DNA of 64,000 bases, taken from Ramazzottius varieornatus (lineage: Eukaryota; Animalia; Tardigrada). The stretch is taken from the NCBI GenBank assembly GCA_001949185.1, contig BDGG01000001.1, positions 124,001 to 188,000 of the forward strand. Direction: 5' to 3'. The notes below the pieces were generated by a model. That model was not told the origin of the DNA and ran no database searches. It worked only from the letters and a program-made list of their open reading frames with translations. The translations under genes and the position numbers were made by a program. Of the stretch, positions 13,539 to 27,043 are shown one piece after another; the stretch's first letter is position 1, and every line of letters starts with the position of its first letter.

Positions 13539-16500
13539 TTGTTCACGAATTCATATAACTGCTGATTTTAAATGACCTTTGCCTGACCTTGGTCGGTTTA
13601 CTAAACTTCGTGGCCAATGTTATAAGCGAGTTTTGATTAGCTTAATTAAAAGCAGAGAAATGTAGATTGCTATACCGGCGAGCACGCTTAATATTTTTTG
13701 GAAAAAACATAAACCGGTCCCATACGAGCGTGTCTTGGATATATTGCCGCGATTTTTGTTCAAAACTTCCTTCTCGGACGGTCCACTATCTCGTCAGAAG
13801 TTTCTTTCGGGTTATATTAGTATAGGAGTAGGATAGGATACGATAACTCATGCGGTAGAACTTAAACAAAAACTTGAAAATTGACTAAAAATATCTGATT
13901 TCAGTCCTTCGGAAAGAACAAGTCACACCTCCGCACCTAATATCTGAAAACAGCTATTTGTTGACGATAAAATTGTCTGCGGAGACCGGGAACTTCTTGC
14001 GAGCGGATGGATGTCGCAGTCGGCAGCCTGATCGATTCTCCCAGCCGACAACACAAATATACTTCGTGGTCTCGAGATAACATACAAGTCATTTCAGGTC
14101 ATGTTATCCTATACCACTGAGACAGCCGCTGTTCTACAGCGATTTCCGGCACACAATACTTGGGTCTCATTCAACCAGGTATAACAAGCTACATTTTCAT
14201 CCGTTTCTTTTGAAAGAGGTTTCAGTCAAATAACAAATATCTATTCCACCGACAAATGCTCAAGTTTTAATAAGACGGCTCGAAATCATTAAACAGCACG
14301 CATCTTCAGGCCGCCTACTCAGTTTTAAAGAGTTCTGATTTTCGCGGTCGTTTTTCCACGTCAAAAAACGATTTTGGTTTATTTCTCTTCAGCCGAAATG
14401 GTTTTCGAAGTAGAGCCGCCTACGTCATCCTTTTATTGCTCTCCTGATCAATCAGAGATATCGGCTGCCAGTATACAGTATATCAACCATGAGCCTGAAA
14501 AGGCGAAATTACATATGCATTCAAGAAACCGGGCGCGTGGTCGAGTGGTAGTGCTGGCAGATTTGGAATTTGGCGACGGGAGTTCGTGTGCTCGAAATGT
14601 GCCTAATTTAGTAGGTTCGGGTATTTCGGGCTTCGGGAACGAATGCCTTCTTTAACAGGCCAAAAATTTTTGGATTTGTACCTTCTGCGAGTAAGTAGAC
14701 AAGTTGGTGTCACTTTCGCCACTGTATTGACCACATTACATTAGCAGTAACTTGTTTTGTCCGATCCGGGAGAAAGAATTGAATATTGAAGTCCCAATGA
14801 TCTCTTACTTCTCTTACTGCAGTTAGATGCAACGCAAGCCCGGAGAACCACTTACCTCTCCAATCTACCCGTGACTTACATTCCAGGTAAAGGCTGACCC
14901 AATCGCCTGAATGCACTTTGAAAATTCTTATAAAATCGAGTTCTAGGGTGTTTTCGACGCGTCGCTATTCATTTGTTAGGCTATCCAAATACCACTGTTA
15001 TCATCTTTGAGATTTTGTAATAAAATTCAGAAGTGAGACTTGATTATTGGAAAGCCAAGAGTCTCCATTTATCGGGGAAACGACCGGAAACTACTACTTT
15101 GCTGGAAATCGAATTCTACAACTTATTTCCAAAGCATCCACTAAAGTTTAATCTCTTTTTATATCGTGCCCCGAACCATTGGTCATCATTCAAATCCATC
15201 AAACGTTTGAGTAATGTTCAATGGAACGAGAACCTGTATTTAGAGTTGATCCGGTTCAGGAAATCTCCACTAGCACTCTTTATTTTCTCAGAACGTCAGA
15301 GTTCTTCCAAACAGCAGCTGTGACTGGTTTCTTCTGTTTAATAGTTTGATTATATTGGTTATATTGGCCATTTTAAGGGTGAGTAGCGAGATAGTCTAGC
15401 GTGTTTTTGTTTTCTAGGCTAGACTCAGACTTTTTTCTTAAAATCGTTAGCTATGTGCTGTTTTTTGCTAACCGCAAACCTTATATTGGTTTATAGGTAG
15501 CAGAAGAGCATTCTAAGTCTGGCAAAATTTGCTCCTTATCTACCATTAAAGGTTCACTTCTGAAGCACTAATTCCTAATCAATAGATGCGCCTGCCACCG
15601 AAATCTGTAAAAGTTTGCCCAAGTGTTTACTATTTTAACCAAACATACAGTATATCCGTGTACAACTACATTTCGCCTTGTACTGTACGTGGGCGCAGAT
15701 GAAATCAGAAGGCCTTTGCGCGCAGAAAGGCAATTTGGCAACCGCCTCATACGGAGTACTCATAGTTTATCTGGTAGCTTGTTCGCGCATGTATCCGCAA
15801 TAAAAGTGCCGGGAGTCCGGAATCGAACCGCCCACAATGCGAAAGAAGTTATGGTTGCCGGTCCTGTGGTCATCTCGTCGTTTGCTCTCCCTCCCCTAGT
15901 ATCTGGTTAATGTCTTCATGGCCTGCTTCGGGACTATGCATTCGTAAGGAACGGTCAAACATTCAACTAAAAAATTTTGTCACGTATGAAGCAAGTTGTA
16001 TCTAGTGTATAACCACTTTTAATAATTCACAAAACGCAGCCGTGCCCGCCGCGATTGCATTTACGTGGTCCGTATCAAACGAAAGCTGTACGACAGGCAC
16101 ATGCGGACAGACAACGTTGCCAACAATTTAGGCAAGTTGCACTGAGAAGATCCCGGAAGAGGTTGCCAGACTGCTGTGTGAGTCAGCAGTTTGCGGCAGT
16201 ATGAAAGCTCTTCCGGGCACCAGTCCAGACATTGAGAGCTTGTATCAGTCAGCGGGATCAAACAGTGTGACACGAGCTCTTCTACGTCACCCCACACAGG
16301 CATTAGGCGTGCTGATAAGTCACGTTCTGAACAGACTGTCAAAATCTGAGCCTAAAACAAGCGTACTCGGCAAAAAGTATGCCAGGTGGAGCAGCACGAA
16401 GAAAAACATGGCCTGTGAAACCGATACAGAGGGGACAGTGCCTTGTCCTTGGCTTGGATATACGCCAGGGATGCTGGATGGTAGTGGTTCCTTCTCGTTG

Positions 16501-17639
16501 CACAAAGACGTTTCGCATATGCAGAATTCAAACTCTTGGACGCTCCCAAAATAGAATGTCTCTTTAGGGAAGCGCTTTTCGACAATTTTCTGTTGGAGCC
16601 AAGCTTTTAAGTACCCGTCTTCAGCGAATGCTGCAGCGGCACGGAAGGCGTTAATGTTGGCAGGTGACTGGCACTTATTTCTTTCCACAAATAATCCACC
16701 TGTCAAACTGGTCGAGTATCGCCCTATGGTTTCGGCAATAGTTCATCTGCGTTTCTGCAAACAACAAGATAGAGATCAAACAAACCCGATCACCACGTGT
16801 ACGTTTGCCGCGCATCACCAGTCGACTTTCGTTCGACAATCTTTATCGCACTCGAAGTTCGATTTACCGTCCTTCAAGTACGGCGCGGAAATTGCCCATG
16901 CGCTCCCGGCCTGCATTATCAAAAGCATCAGTTTTAACCTTGTGGACGCAACCGGGCTGCAAACCACGAAATGGGCTTGCAGGGATATGATTTGACCCTG
17001 CTAGCAGCTACTGCACGATTGCAAATCAGCTGTTCTTGTCTTCGCTCCTGAGACAGCAAGAAAGATCATCGACCTTCTAACCCCTGCAAAGAATTTGCCC
17101 CGATTGCCTGAACTGAGCTTAATCCGGCAGGTTCGACCATTCTGTCACCAAATCGATGGGAAACTTTGACACTTACGCTACCACACAGTTCCGTGCTCTG
17201 AGAATACCAAAGGTGGAAAATCACTTTTGCTAGTTTTTGACTGGTGAAAACCTGGAGGCGTTGCCAGACTGGTCCAATCATTACCTCCTCTGCAAAAAAG
17301 TTGCAAATTCAGACCAGAGTGCGCCTTCCAGTGCGCTAATTCAACATCACCATACAACCACAACTTTTTTCTGATGACTGGGGATGGAATTCTAGATGGA
17401 AATCTTGCGCAAGTTAAGATGGTCCCATGGCCCGAGTTTTAATTTTCGAGAAAGGTCTGGCTGAAACAGAAGCCGATCCGAACAATGATACCCTAGTTAG
17501 CCCAGTCAGGGATCCATCACGCGAAAGATGAAGCACCGCGCACGTTCATAAAGCATAACAAAAACAGGATCCGCATTCGTTCCAACGGGAATAACGTGCG
17601 CTCCAAAACACCATTTTTCTCGCATTAACCTGCGAACCG

Positions 17640-17909
17640 CTCGTACAAAAATGGTTTCGCCACACGAAAATCTGCCGTAAAGGAAACCATACGGTAGACT
17701 GTATGGTGAACCGCCGAACTTTTTAAGGTTTACGGCTCACCGTATGGCGATCGACTAGAGCTAAAAGCTCGCCTCCACCAACCAACAGTGGTCATAAGCC
17801 TTCACGCGGCGGTCACCAGGAAGCATAAAAACAGGTGGAAAAAATCCCCGTATGGTTCAGCGTACGGTGAACCATACAGTGGAGTGTATGGTGTTGATTT
17901 TTGTACGGG
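17640..17909. mobile_element. MITE with CCCGTACAAAAAT-type TIR (CMC/EnSpm-like)
   Basis: CTCGTACAAAAAT ... ATTTTTGTACGGG termini with internal CCATACGG/CCGTATGG subterminal repeats in both orientations. Confidence 0.5.
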
Positions 17910-18150
17910 CCGGTCATTCTTCGTCGAAGTTGTCGTACTACCCGAAGGACCGAATTGTTTTGTACAATCCGATGCCAGAAAAGTCAAACTCGGAATTATG
18001 TACTTGTTGAAGTGCTTCTTGAACTTCGCCAATCACGTGATCGTACGCGTGGAGTTAAACCCCGATCCGGTAAAGATACCCCACCAACCCCCAGGGGATG
18101 TTTCGCGCGTGCGATGACGTGTTTCGCGAAATCGAAGAAGCATTACAGTA

Positions 18151-18295
18151 TTGTAAATATTCGCTGTGTCCGCGCAGTACATCATCGTACACGTGACGTA
18201 CAGCCCCGGTCCGGTTTCACGGATTGCGCAACAGCCTACGGGGGTGCATTGTCACGTACGTGTACGTACTGCGCGGACGTAGCGAATATTTACAG
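18151..18295. mobile_element. ~145-bp Tc1/mariner-type MITE (family shared with 57609)
   Basis: TIR (c/t)TGTAAATATTCGCT..GTCCGCGCAGTAC, TA on both flanks, second copy inverted at 57609-57749. Confidence 0.8.
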
Positions 18296-20781
18296 TACGA
18301 ACAAAGGATTTCTAAAAATCGAGACTCAAGTAATTCATGTTTTTGGGAAACGTCTAGCCTGTGGCTGTTGGTCGTAGACACACCGTTCCCTCAAGCAAAG
18401 ATTACATCACCGGGTGCCTAGCCCATGAGCAAGACTCATTGGCATCTGCAACCCTCACAGGTATACGAAAGCATGCTGTTACAGACCAACCTCGAGACTG
18501 GGGAATCACTTACTATCCCGCAGCAGGCCTGTTTGGCTTGTCGAACGCCGGGCACTTTACGGCCAAAAAACTCACCTGATAGAGAAAAGGAAGTCGTCTG
18601 TATGACGCTACAGGTACAGTAGCTCTAGATCTGGGGACCGGAATTTCTGGACGAAAAATATAAACCTCGATATAAGTGCACGCACGCGGAAAATCTTGGG
18701 TCAGTAGAAAGTATAGCCAGGCGATTCCGAAACAGCGGCACGGAAGCAGATACTTCCTTTTTTTCAGCCTCATTTTACAGCTACTGCCGCATTCTTCTGT
18801 GCGTACCGATTGTGAGAGCCGCTCAACTACATGTCCATCCAGTCGCCGCTTTCAATGTTGGGATGTGTCCTAACTATCGTGTGCCACTGATTCTGAAGCT
18901 GACAACACTCCGCCCGCGGTTACATGCGCAGGCCATTTCCGTGGGCGGGAAAGCTAGTTTATCCGCGGCTATACTTGCCGCGAATATACCGCAATGTCTT
19001 AAACCACGCAAATCTCTAGTCGGTCATTCAGTTGTCTGGTCGGTCCGCTTGATAAACTTAGGTGTTGACGATACAATTAGGTGCCGATGATCTGTCGACC
19101 GTTGATTCATTCGTTCGTTCGTTCAGAAGCCCTCATTGTGCGACCAGACAGATACGCAGTCGTGTACCGCGGCCGGTTCGCCCCTCCCATCGCAGCATCA
19201 ACTTCCGGCTCTCGAGTCACTAATCGTACATTCACTGAATGAAAATTCGAGGCGACTTACCGCATTTTATAATGCCGAATAAAGCCACCGTAACGCAGAC
19301 AACCTTCGCCCTCATAGTGGAGATTAGCTCAGTATGACCAGACGCGAACCAGGGATTCCATATCACCGAGAAGGCTCGGGAGTTAATAATTATTACAAAA
19401 AGGTGAGTTACTACAACTGCAGACTAACGCTTTTTGGAGTAAAATGTTTTTACGATCTTTTCCAGCAAGATTGTGGATCGCATATTCTGAATCAATAATT
19501 GCACAAGGGTTGCGAAGAGACACAAGGCTCCCAGGTTTTCCGACGGTAGCCAGCGCGATTCGTGGAAATATCCGAACGCAATGGTATAAGGCAGGGTTTG
19601 AGTGTTTTGGTCACGTGCCAAACCTGTAATTTTCAACCTCTAAACGAGTCGGCTTTAGTGTTTTGGACATGCAAATAACAGTTATATGCGGCTGCCACCT
19701 TATTCTCTAGCAGAATGTTTCTTACGGTACGTTTCGATAATTATGGAGTGGCCAGTCTACTTTGCAGCATGTATCTCCTTCAAAAACGCAGTACTTCTAC
19801 TCTAGATAGTTCATTTCGTATTTTGATCTGATTTCTGCGAGATAGGAGGATTTTTTAAAACGCAAATTTCCTGTTCACGAATAAATACAGCTCTGACATG
19901 CAATATGCAAAAGATAAGCAAGATGGAAAGAGATTCGTTTACTTTGCTCGGATAATTGCAAAGCTAGCAGAAGACTTTAGGAAACGAGCACGGATTTTGA
20001 AAATATTGGTTGGGAGAAGCGTTCGTTAGAATCTTTCAGAAGTTGCAAAGCTCGCGCCACTCTGCGCGAAACGACGGACGAAAAAAATTCAAGTCCGCCA
20101 TGGTAAACTGCCTGGTAGTAATTAGCCCACCAAGTTAAAAAAGAGCTGGCCAAAATGAAATTTGATCGGGCCGAGCGAAGCAAGGCCCTTTTAAGTCTGT
20201 CGAGATTTCAATGGACGATCAGATTGTTAGAGCTTTCAGATATCGCAACCTCTGTATTGAAAACAAGTGCGCAACTTGATCCGAGTAGCAAAAGTTTTTA
20301 CTCGCAAAACTTGTGCTTCTTTGCTTCTGCTCGGCCTTCCCAGTGGTCGGAACCACTAGCTAGTAGTTAGTTTGTCCGGAATGGAAGCCCTGCGCTAGCC
20401 AGGCATAAATTACGTTCCTCTACGGTATCTGCCAGCTGAAGCATTACTCGAGCATATTAGTGACCGACTCAAACTGACTGACAATTTCTCTCGTGGCAAA
20501 CGAAGCGAACCACCCTTGTTCTGTGATCCACGAATGAATTCACTACAGTATCTCTTGAATTTTAAACAATTTTTAATGGATTCGTTTCGCGCAGCGGCTC
20601 GTTTCTTAGATTCCTTCGTATGCTTTGCGATTCCCCTAATGCGGCTATACGTGAACCATACAAGTACGAGCTCGCCTGTGGCTCTGCTCAGCTTGTTCAT
20701 CCACCTTGGTTATCCGTGTATTACAGTAGAATGGCTAACAAACAAACAAATAAACGAACGAACGAACCAACGAGTAATGTC

Positions 20782-21371
20782 CACGCGGCTGGCCTAATTA
20801 TTGGCCTGGACAAAATTTCCGGCCGGACGGGCTGGCGGCAGTTTAACGCAGAGATTGTTATGTCGTTGCAGAAACTAGCCCTGTGACGTCAGCAAGTAAA
20901 ATTTCGCAGTGCAATCAATATGCGGAATACAGTGTCATTCCAGATTTCGTTTCTTAGTTCGTACTTCTTTTCCCATCTTGAGGAAGGCTAGCCTGGGATA
21001 TGCCGGAAGGTCTTAAAACCAAGAGACAGCGAAAGTATACGGAGGATAACTGAAAAAGGCAGTTCGTGCGGTTGCTTTTATAAGGTGATGAATTGCCAAA
21101 GTAAGAGCCTTTTCGGCGAGAAAAGTCAAGTTTTAATGTTGATGTACCATCAGAGCTGCATTTGCCAAAATAGCCAAGCATATACAAGGAAATCAGATCT
21201 ACGATGATTGAGAAGATCTCTGCAAATGTTTGGTTGTTCGTGTAGGCAAAGCGGTGATGTGTGGTGAAACCAGCTCTGTTTCAGCCGCAAGCGAATACAC
21301 CTGGCGGAGCCGCTGATTCGGAAACCGTGGCCAGAAATTTTGTCCAGGCCAATAATTAGGCCAGTCGCGTG
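20782..21371. mobile_element. Tc1/mariner-like non-autonomous element
   Basis: ~43-bp TIRs CACGCGGCTGGCCTAATTATTGGCCTGGACAAAATTTCCGGCC / GGCCAGAAATTTTGTCCAGGCCAATAATTAGGCCAGTCGCGTG, with TA on the right flank. Confidence 0.8.
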
Positions 21372-21421
21372 TACCCACGCAATATTAAAGTAGCGCTGCT
21401 GAAGAGAGTAAGTCTGCTGCA

Positions 21422-24400
21422 TCACATCTTATTAACGGCCTGCGCATTGTTTTTCTTCACTTCACCCAAAAACGTCTCCATGAAGCTCAAGCTGGGTAAG
21501 ACCCCACTTCCACCTTCCGGATACTCCACCCTAGCATCTGTCGGGTGCATCCTCTCCAACCGCTTCAGCTCTTCCGTCACCGAGAAGCGTCGCAGGAGGC
21601 ACTTTCCCACTTGCCCATCCCCTTCTTCCCTCTCTGTCAACTTATTTACCCTCTCTTCCTCTCTCATTTGCTTTTCAGCCAACCTGACGTACTTCTGCAC
21701 AGGGTCTTCGGCCACACTGGGCCGAACCATCCTGTCAAACAAGCCTGCTTGTAACTGTAAGCGCTTCGTCATTTCTTCCCTCGAAGGTGGCCACCACTCT
21801 TCGGGTGGCGCTGCATAGAAGGTTGTGTCGCCTTCTCGTGACAGATCAACGTGGTTCCGTAACACCCATGTGGTTCTCTCCATCTCGGTTCTACTATGCA
21901 CGACCTGTGTCGCGGCTGTACGACCAAATTCATCCACGTCGTGCCAAAATGGATCAGTCAAGGGCGTTTTCTTCGCTTTGTCTTTCTTAACGCTGTTCAT
22001 GCTGTCGAACTTCTTACTGGCTTCCGCAAACAACTTCCTGGCTGCTTCACGCTTTGCTTCTCTGAGTGGATCACCAACAACTGCCTCCGTGTCTCCACTG
22101 TCGGTCATGCTACTGGGCGACTCGAGGAAGCTGCCTGCTCTAGGTGCTCTCGCGTTCAGTGTCGGTGACGGAGTACCAGCTCTACTTGGACCACCACCAC
22201 TCTTCATATTGGCCTTCTCCGCCGTCTTGTGCGCTGTGGTGTCCTCTAACACGTTGGGCGTGTTGAAGTATGGCAGAGGCTGACCGGCGGCTGTCACTGG
22301 TATACGAGCAGGTGGTTTGGCGCTCACACCCCCACCTTCTGCCGTATCCGCATCAGGTGGCGGAGCACCTACAGACAGATACGAAAATATGAACTCTGTG
22401 ACGCATCTCAGCAAAACACTGTAATGCTTCTTGAACTTCGTTCTGCACTGGAAGTAGTAAAAAAAAACGTATTACCAACAGCATTGGCAGCTGCAATTTT
22501 CGCTGCTTTTGGCTTGACCGCTCTAACCGGCTCTTTCGCTCTCAGCACACTTTTCAACAAGGTCTTTTTCTGCAAGAACGCCTTCCGGCGAAATACACCC
22601 CTGACGTCCTTTCCGTTCTCATTCAGCAAGTCGTGATTAGCGAACGGGAACTTCTTGTTCGGGTCGACAGCGGCCAAATGTTCCCGCAGGTTCCGTCCGC
22701 CCTTGTACGAATGCAGGAAGCGGTAGATGGCGCGGTAAATGCGGTAGTTGCCGAAGGTGGCCGCATAGTCCTTGATCGACAGGCCACACACCGTCTTGGC
22801 CTGCAGATTGGCCCCGTGCAGGATACAGTAGAGGACTGTGTCTAAGTTGTTGCTCTCGATGGCTTTCATCAACGGCGTCGCACCGGCTAGGGTGTGCAGG
22901 TTGATGTCGGCACCGGCATGCACCAGCTCGTCCACCACCATAGGCTCGCCGCGACGACAGGCGTGATGGAGAGCGGTCCAGCCGAAATTGTCCACGATGC
23001 TTGGGTTCGCCCTATCGAGAACTTGACAATTTTTAAAACAGATAAATATCGAAACTTGAAAATTTTCGACACTAAAAAATTAGATTCTAAAATCAAGAAT
23101 TTAGAAAGTAAAAATTCAGATCTGACAAGCCGTCAGACATTTCGGAATAATCGTTTTCTCACGTGGCGCGGTTCCCAACCAAGAATAATAGAAACTGCGT
23201 CACTCCAGATAACGATGCATCCCGCGGTAGCCTGCCAGAAACCTTTGAATGTTAAGTCCTGACTGAGGATTTGGATGAGTTTTGAATTTTGGAATATTAC
23301 TTTGAGCTGGAAATTACATTCGTTTGTTGTGTGTCAAGTTGTGTACCCATAAGCCAGCAGCATCTTCACCATATCCCATCGTCCGGCAGCCGCCGCGTAC
23401 ATCAGCGGGGTCTTATATAGTTTATCGCACTGGTTGACATCCAGCCCCTTCTTGCAAGCTCTGGCCACCGACTCCCAGTCCCCATCCCGACACAAATCAT
23501 TCACCGGACACGTCTCTACAGCGCTCTGTTCCATCCTCCAGATGTTGTCGCTCGTGAAGGGCGTCGACTGTTCCTTCCTCGTCAAACCACTAACTACCTT
23601 GTCCCCGAAAACAACGTGCTTGGCTACATGGAGACTGTTCTTGAAAGCCATCGGACTTTCTTCCTCCTCAGCTATGCATATCGATATCTTCAAACCTTTG
23701 GGAAGCTTCAGTTTGGCTCTCTTCTTCTTGCCTTTACCCTTCTTCCCCTTTCCCTTCTTTCCGGAATCAGCAGAGTACGCCGATTTCAGAAAAGCTTTAG
23801 GAACTATCTTCTCGGCGGCTTTGAATATATCAGCTATGGTTAGAGCGCCAGTCTTCTTCGAATCTAAAGCTTCGATTAACTCCGGAAGTTCTTCTTCCTT
23901 AACAGGCACGCTCAAGCTTTGAAGTACTGTAGACAGCTGCTCTTTCGTTACACTATCTGGATCAGTATTCCCTAGAATCGGATTTTCAGTGTCTTGGCTT
24001 TCTGATTCCGTACTGACTGTCTGTAAAGCGTTTCTGAGTACGTCGGTGTTTTCTTGGAACCAGTCATAGAACTCAATGGCGAATTTGTTACCGACGCCGT
24101 TGCGTTGCTTTTCGGCCTTCTTCATCTCTTTCGACACCGCTTTGAGGCCGTACTTCTTAGCTAGCTGTTTCACTGTCATGCCTAGACTGTTTTTGGTATT
24201 GGGATTAGCCCCTCGGTGAGTCAAGAAGCGAACAGCTGGAAGCTGCTGAGCGGCCACGGCGAGATGGAGGGGCGTGTTGCCGTGGTGGGCCGGAGAGTCC
24301 AAGTGAGCACCAGCACTGGCCAGCACCTGCAGTGCCTCCACGTGGCCATGGTAGACCGCCTCGTGCGTCGAGTGAACCTGTATAGAACTACAGGTGACGT

Positions 24401-25470
24401 CACTGCGGAAATGCACACTACAGCTCGCAATTCCCAATCCTTCTGCTTCTCTCACGTTTTCGTATAGTTTTCAAGAGTCTGATACTAATTCAAAAGGGTA
24501 CTTCAAATAAACGTTGACAAGATTTCTACCTGTTTATGGTCGACCAGATCAGGATCGGCGCCCTCCTGTAGGAGTAACTGAATGACACCCGACGCCCCCC
24601 GTCGCGCCGCTTCGATCAGCGGCGTGCGACCGGTTCGAACCGCGGCTTCGTCCACGTTGCAGCCACTTCGAATCAGCAGCTCCACGATGTCCCGAGCCTT
24701 GTTACCCTTCTCACAAGCCCGCACTAATATGGGTTTCCCAATGAGGTTACTTGTCGGTTCGACGGGTTTCTTGGTGTTCAGGCAGAACGCGGCAATCTGG
24801 CCGTAACGCTCGGTGCCACCGAAGCAGTACCACAGGAGATTCTGACCGAATCTATCTTCCGCGTTGAGGTCGGAACCTTCTTTGCTTGCGAGCAGTCGGA
24901 CCAGGTCGAAGTAACCGTGGTGGACGGCAACCATCATGGGGGTAACACCCTGGAACGAACAAGGAACTGAAAGAAGCAGAACTGTGAAACCGAACACCAA
25001 TCAGTCAACAATCAATTCAGAAACAGCTCGACTGAGCTGATTGACCGGAAGTTGATCGGACAGTAAAACTTACAGCGCGATTCCGTGCATCGATTTCTGA
25101 TCCTTCGTTCAGCAACCAGTCGATCAGCTCCAGGTCGTTCTTATACGCTGCAACATGCATAACGGTATTCCCTGTTTTATCCTCATGGGCTTGGAAGATG
25201 CCAGGGAAGCCTTGGTTGTGAAATTTGTGGACGTTGGGTAAATCGCGGTCGATGATATACTGGAACAGCGTCTTGAGCTGGACCTTCTGTCCCGCATCCT
25301 GGATACACTGGATGGGTGCAAGCCGTCGGATACTCCGCTGGTACGTTTGTATCTCTTTCAGGTGAACCATACTACACCTACGTGACGGCAGACATGGGTA
25401 CACTTTTCACAGCGTATCGCGTACCGAAGAAGAGGGAATCCTGGGAAGCAGGACTGTACCTTGTTGCCAT
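21422..25470 (-). CDS. ANKEF1: Ankyrin repeat and EF-hand domain-containing protein 1-like (~1082 aa)
   Basis: Exons 25470-25460, 25377-25074, 24949-24530, 24377-23347, 23011-22476, 22368-21422, all GT-AG and phase-consistent. Ankyrin repeats (GNTVMHVAA, GRTPLIEAA, GNTPLHLA, KTPLMYAA, GWTALHHA), degenerate EF-hand (LDSKKTGALTIADI) and the family K/G-rich KKGKGKKGKGKKK...ICI segment. Confidence 0.88.
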
Positions 25471-25624
25471 GTCGAATCCTGTCCCGAAACAAAATCTTCC
25501 GAGAACTCCCTGCGTCCACGAGGAGATCACTTCCTTTCGAAGTAAGGTTGGCAAGGTTCGGGCAGGGCAGGAGCCGCGGAGGATTGAAAAGGGCAAAGAA
25601 GCGGGTTCACAGTAACGGGCAAAA

Positions 25625-26549
25625 TCAAGACACTGTGCATCTGTTAGGCTTCTTGTTTTTGATTGATTTTGTGCTACAAGCTTGCCGCTTTGGCGTTGAA
25701 TGATTTGTTATTTTTACAGATTTTCCATTCTTCGAACGAAATTTCTGAGAATCATAATAATCTTGGACTCGAGCTAAAGAAGCAGTCAGACGTTCATGAG
25801 ACAACCTAGACATTTGATTCCATAAAGCGGTGGTATCACGAGTACGAAGGTATTCTTTGGGAGGCGTGTGTGCGGTCCAGGCCATTTCTTTGGGTACTTC
25901 CTCTAGCATCCCCGTTTCCCGGTCTCTGGCCATGTGCTGAGGATAAGTCACGTCGCTTCGCAGAAGTTTCGCAAAAGCGGATTTGTTAGGAAGACTTTGT
26001 GAAGGTCGAACAGGTAAGCGCGGAAAATAGGGACCCTCGGAGGTGTCGGAGCTTTCTTCATATGGTATGTCATTGATTATAGGTTTCGGCTTGATTTGTC
26101 GCCGAGGCGGAAGTGGCGTTGTTCCGGCTGAACTGTCGGCATAATCTCCCGTGGCTTTCCGGTATGCATTGTCCTGAATACTCCGGACGTTGAAGTCTGG
26201 TGTGAAATACGAAGAGGTGTCGTTGGTGAGCAAATGGGAAGATTCGGATCTGACCAAAGGGAAGTTGTCAGTGTTGTGGAAACCGTGGTTGGAAAAGGCT
26301 AGTCTGGCTCGTTGTGCGAGATCATGGAGGGATTTTGTAAATGGAGAAGCTGTGTGGATGGGGGGAACAGATAACGGCTGTAAGATTTGTCCGGGATTCT
26401 TGCTAACAACGGGGAAGCAACAGCGGAATAAACTGGTCGGTTGTGGTGTCGTGTTCGGACTTTCTTGGTTTCTCAACATTCTTTTGCCGACATACTTCTT
26501 GCTGAAATCCGAACTGTGAAGGAATCTTAGACATCCTGAAGACCGTCAT
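25625..26549 (-). CDS. Uncharacterised Pro/Ser-rich protein (5' structure uncertain)
   Basis: 284-codon open frame. Plausible upstream exon MTVFRMSKIPSQFGFQQE|gtatgt joined in phase 0 to cttacag|PLSVPP. No recognised domain. Confidence 0.5.
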
Positions 26550-27043
26550 CCTGTTTCTTTCGCTACTCTTACAAGCGAGATCCCCCTCACATTGTTTCCA
26601 TAGGAAGTTTTTTCTCAAATGGGACTTCGGCAAATGGATTCACCCAGATCGTCTACCCAAGTGTCGCACGCACCAGCCAATAACTCAATAAGAGTGAAAA
26701 CGTGCGCATCTTGGTCTTGCTTGTAGGAACGCGGAAAAATAGAATCGACGGAATGCGGAACTGTCCAATTGTTGAAACAGTTCTTGCATGTACAAAATAC
26801 CTTTCAGTGTTTCGTTCCACTGTAAACGCTCAAGGAAATCTGGAGATCTGGATAAAATCAAATCTCTGGTAAAAACTACTGAAAGACAAAACACCTGTCA
26901 GAACTTCAAAACCTTACGCAAAACTCCGAGGCAAATTTCCGATTCCACCGGGTAAAAAAGAGTTAGAATCTCTTCACGAAGAATGACAGAAATACGTTAT
27001 TAATTTCGAGTACAGGCTGGCGCTTCTTTCGCGGAGAGCTCTC

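Larger units (their letters stand above)
16320..20530 (-). pseudogene. Ly6/three-finger-like GPI-anchored protein, decayed copy C
   Basis: Last exon (acceptor ~16754) has FEFCICETSLCN + PSQGQGTV + hydrophobic tail, clearly paralogous to 2290-2666, with a frameshift at ~16707. Segment 19990-20530 is homologous to copies A/B (VVRFVCHE, LADTVEERNLC, FLTWWANYY, RALQLLK). Interrupted by MITEs. Confidence 0.55.

Noticed and set aside
20410-20700. ORF segment EFIRGSQNKGGSLRLP resembling a NeSL/Utopia LINE thumb motif
   Set aside because: Alignment with the two paralogous blocks shows conservation in another frame (V-x-RF-x-x-HE) with shared splice acceptors, so the LINE resemblance is coincidental.
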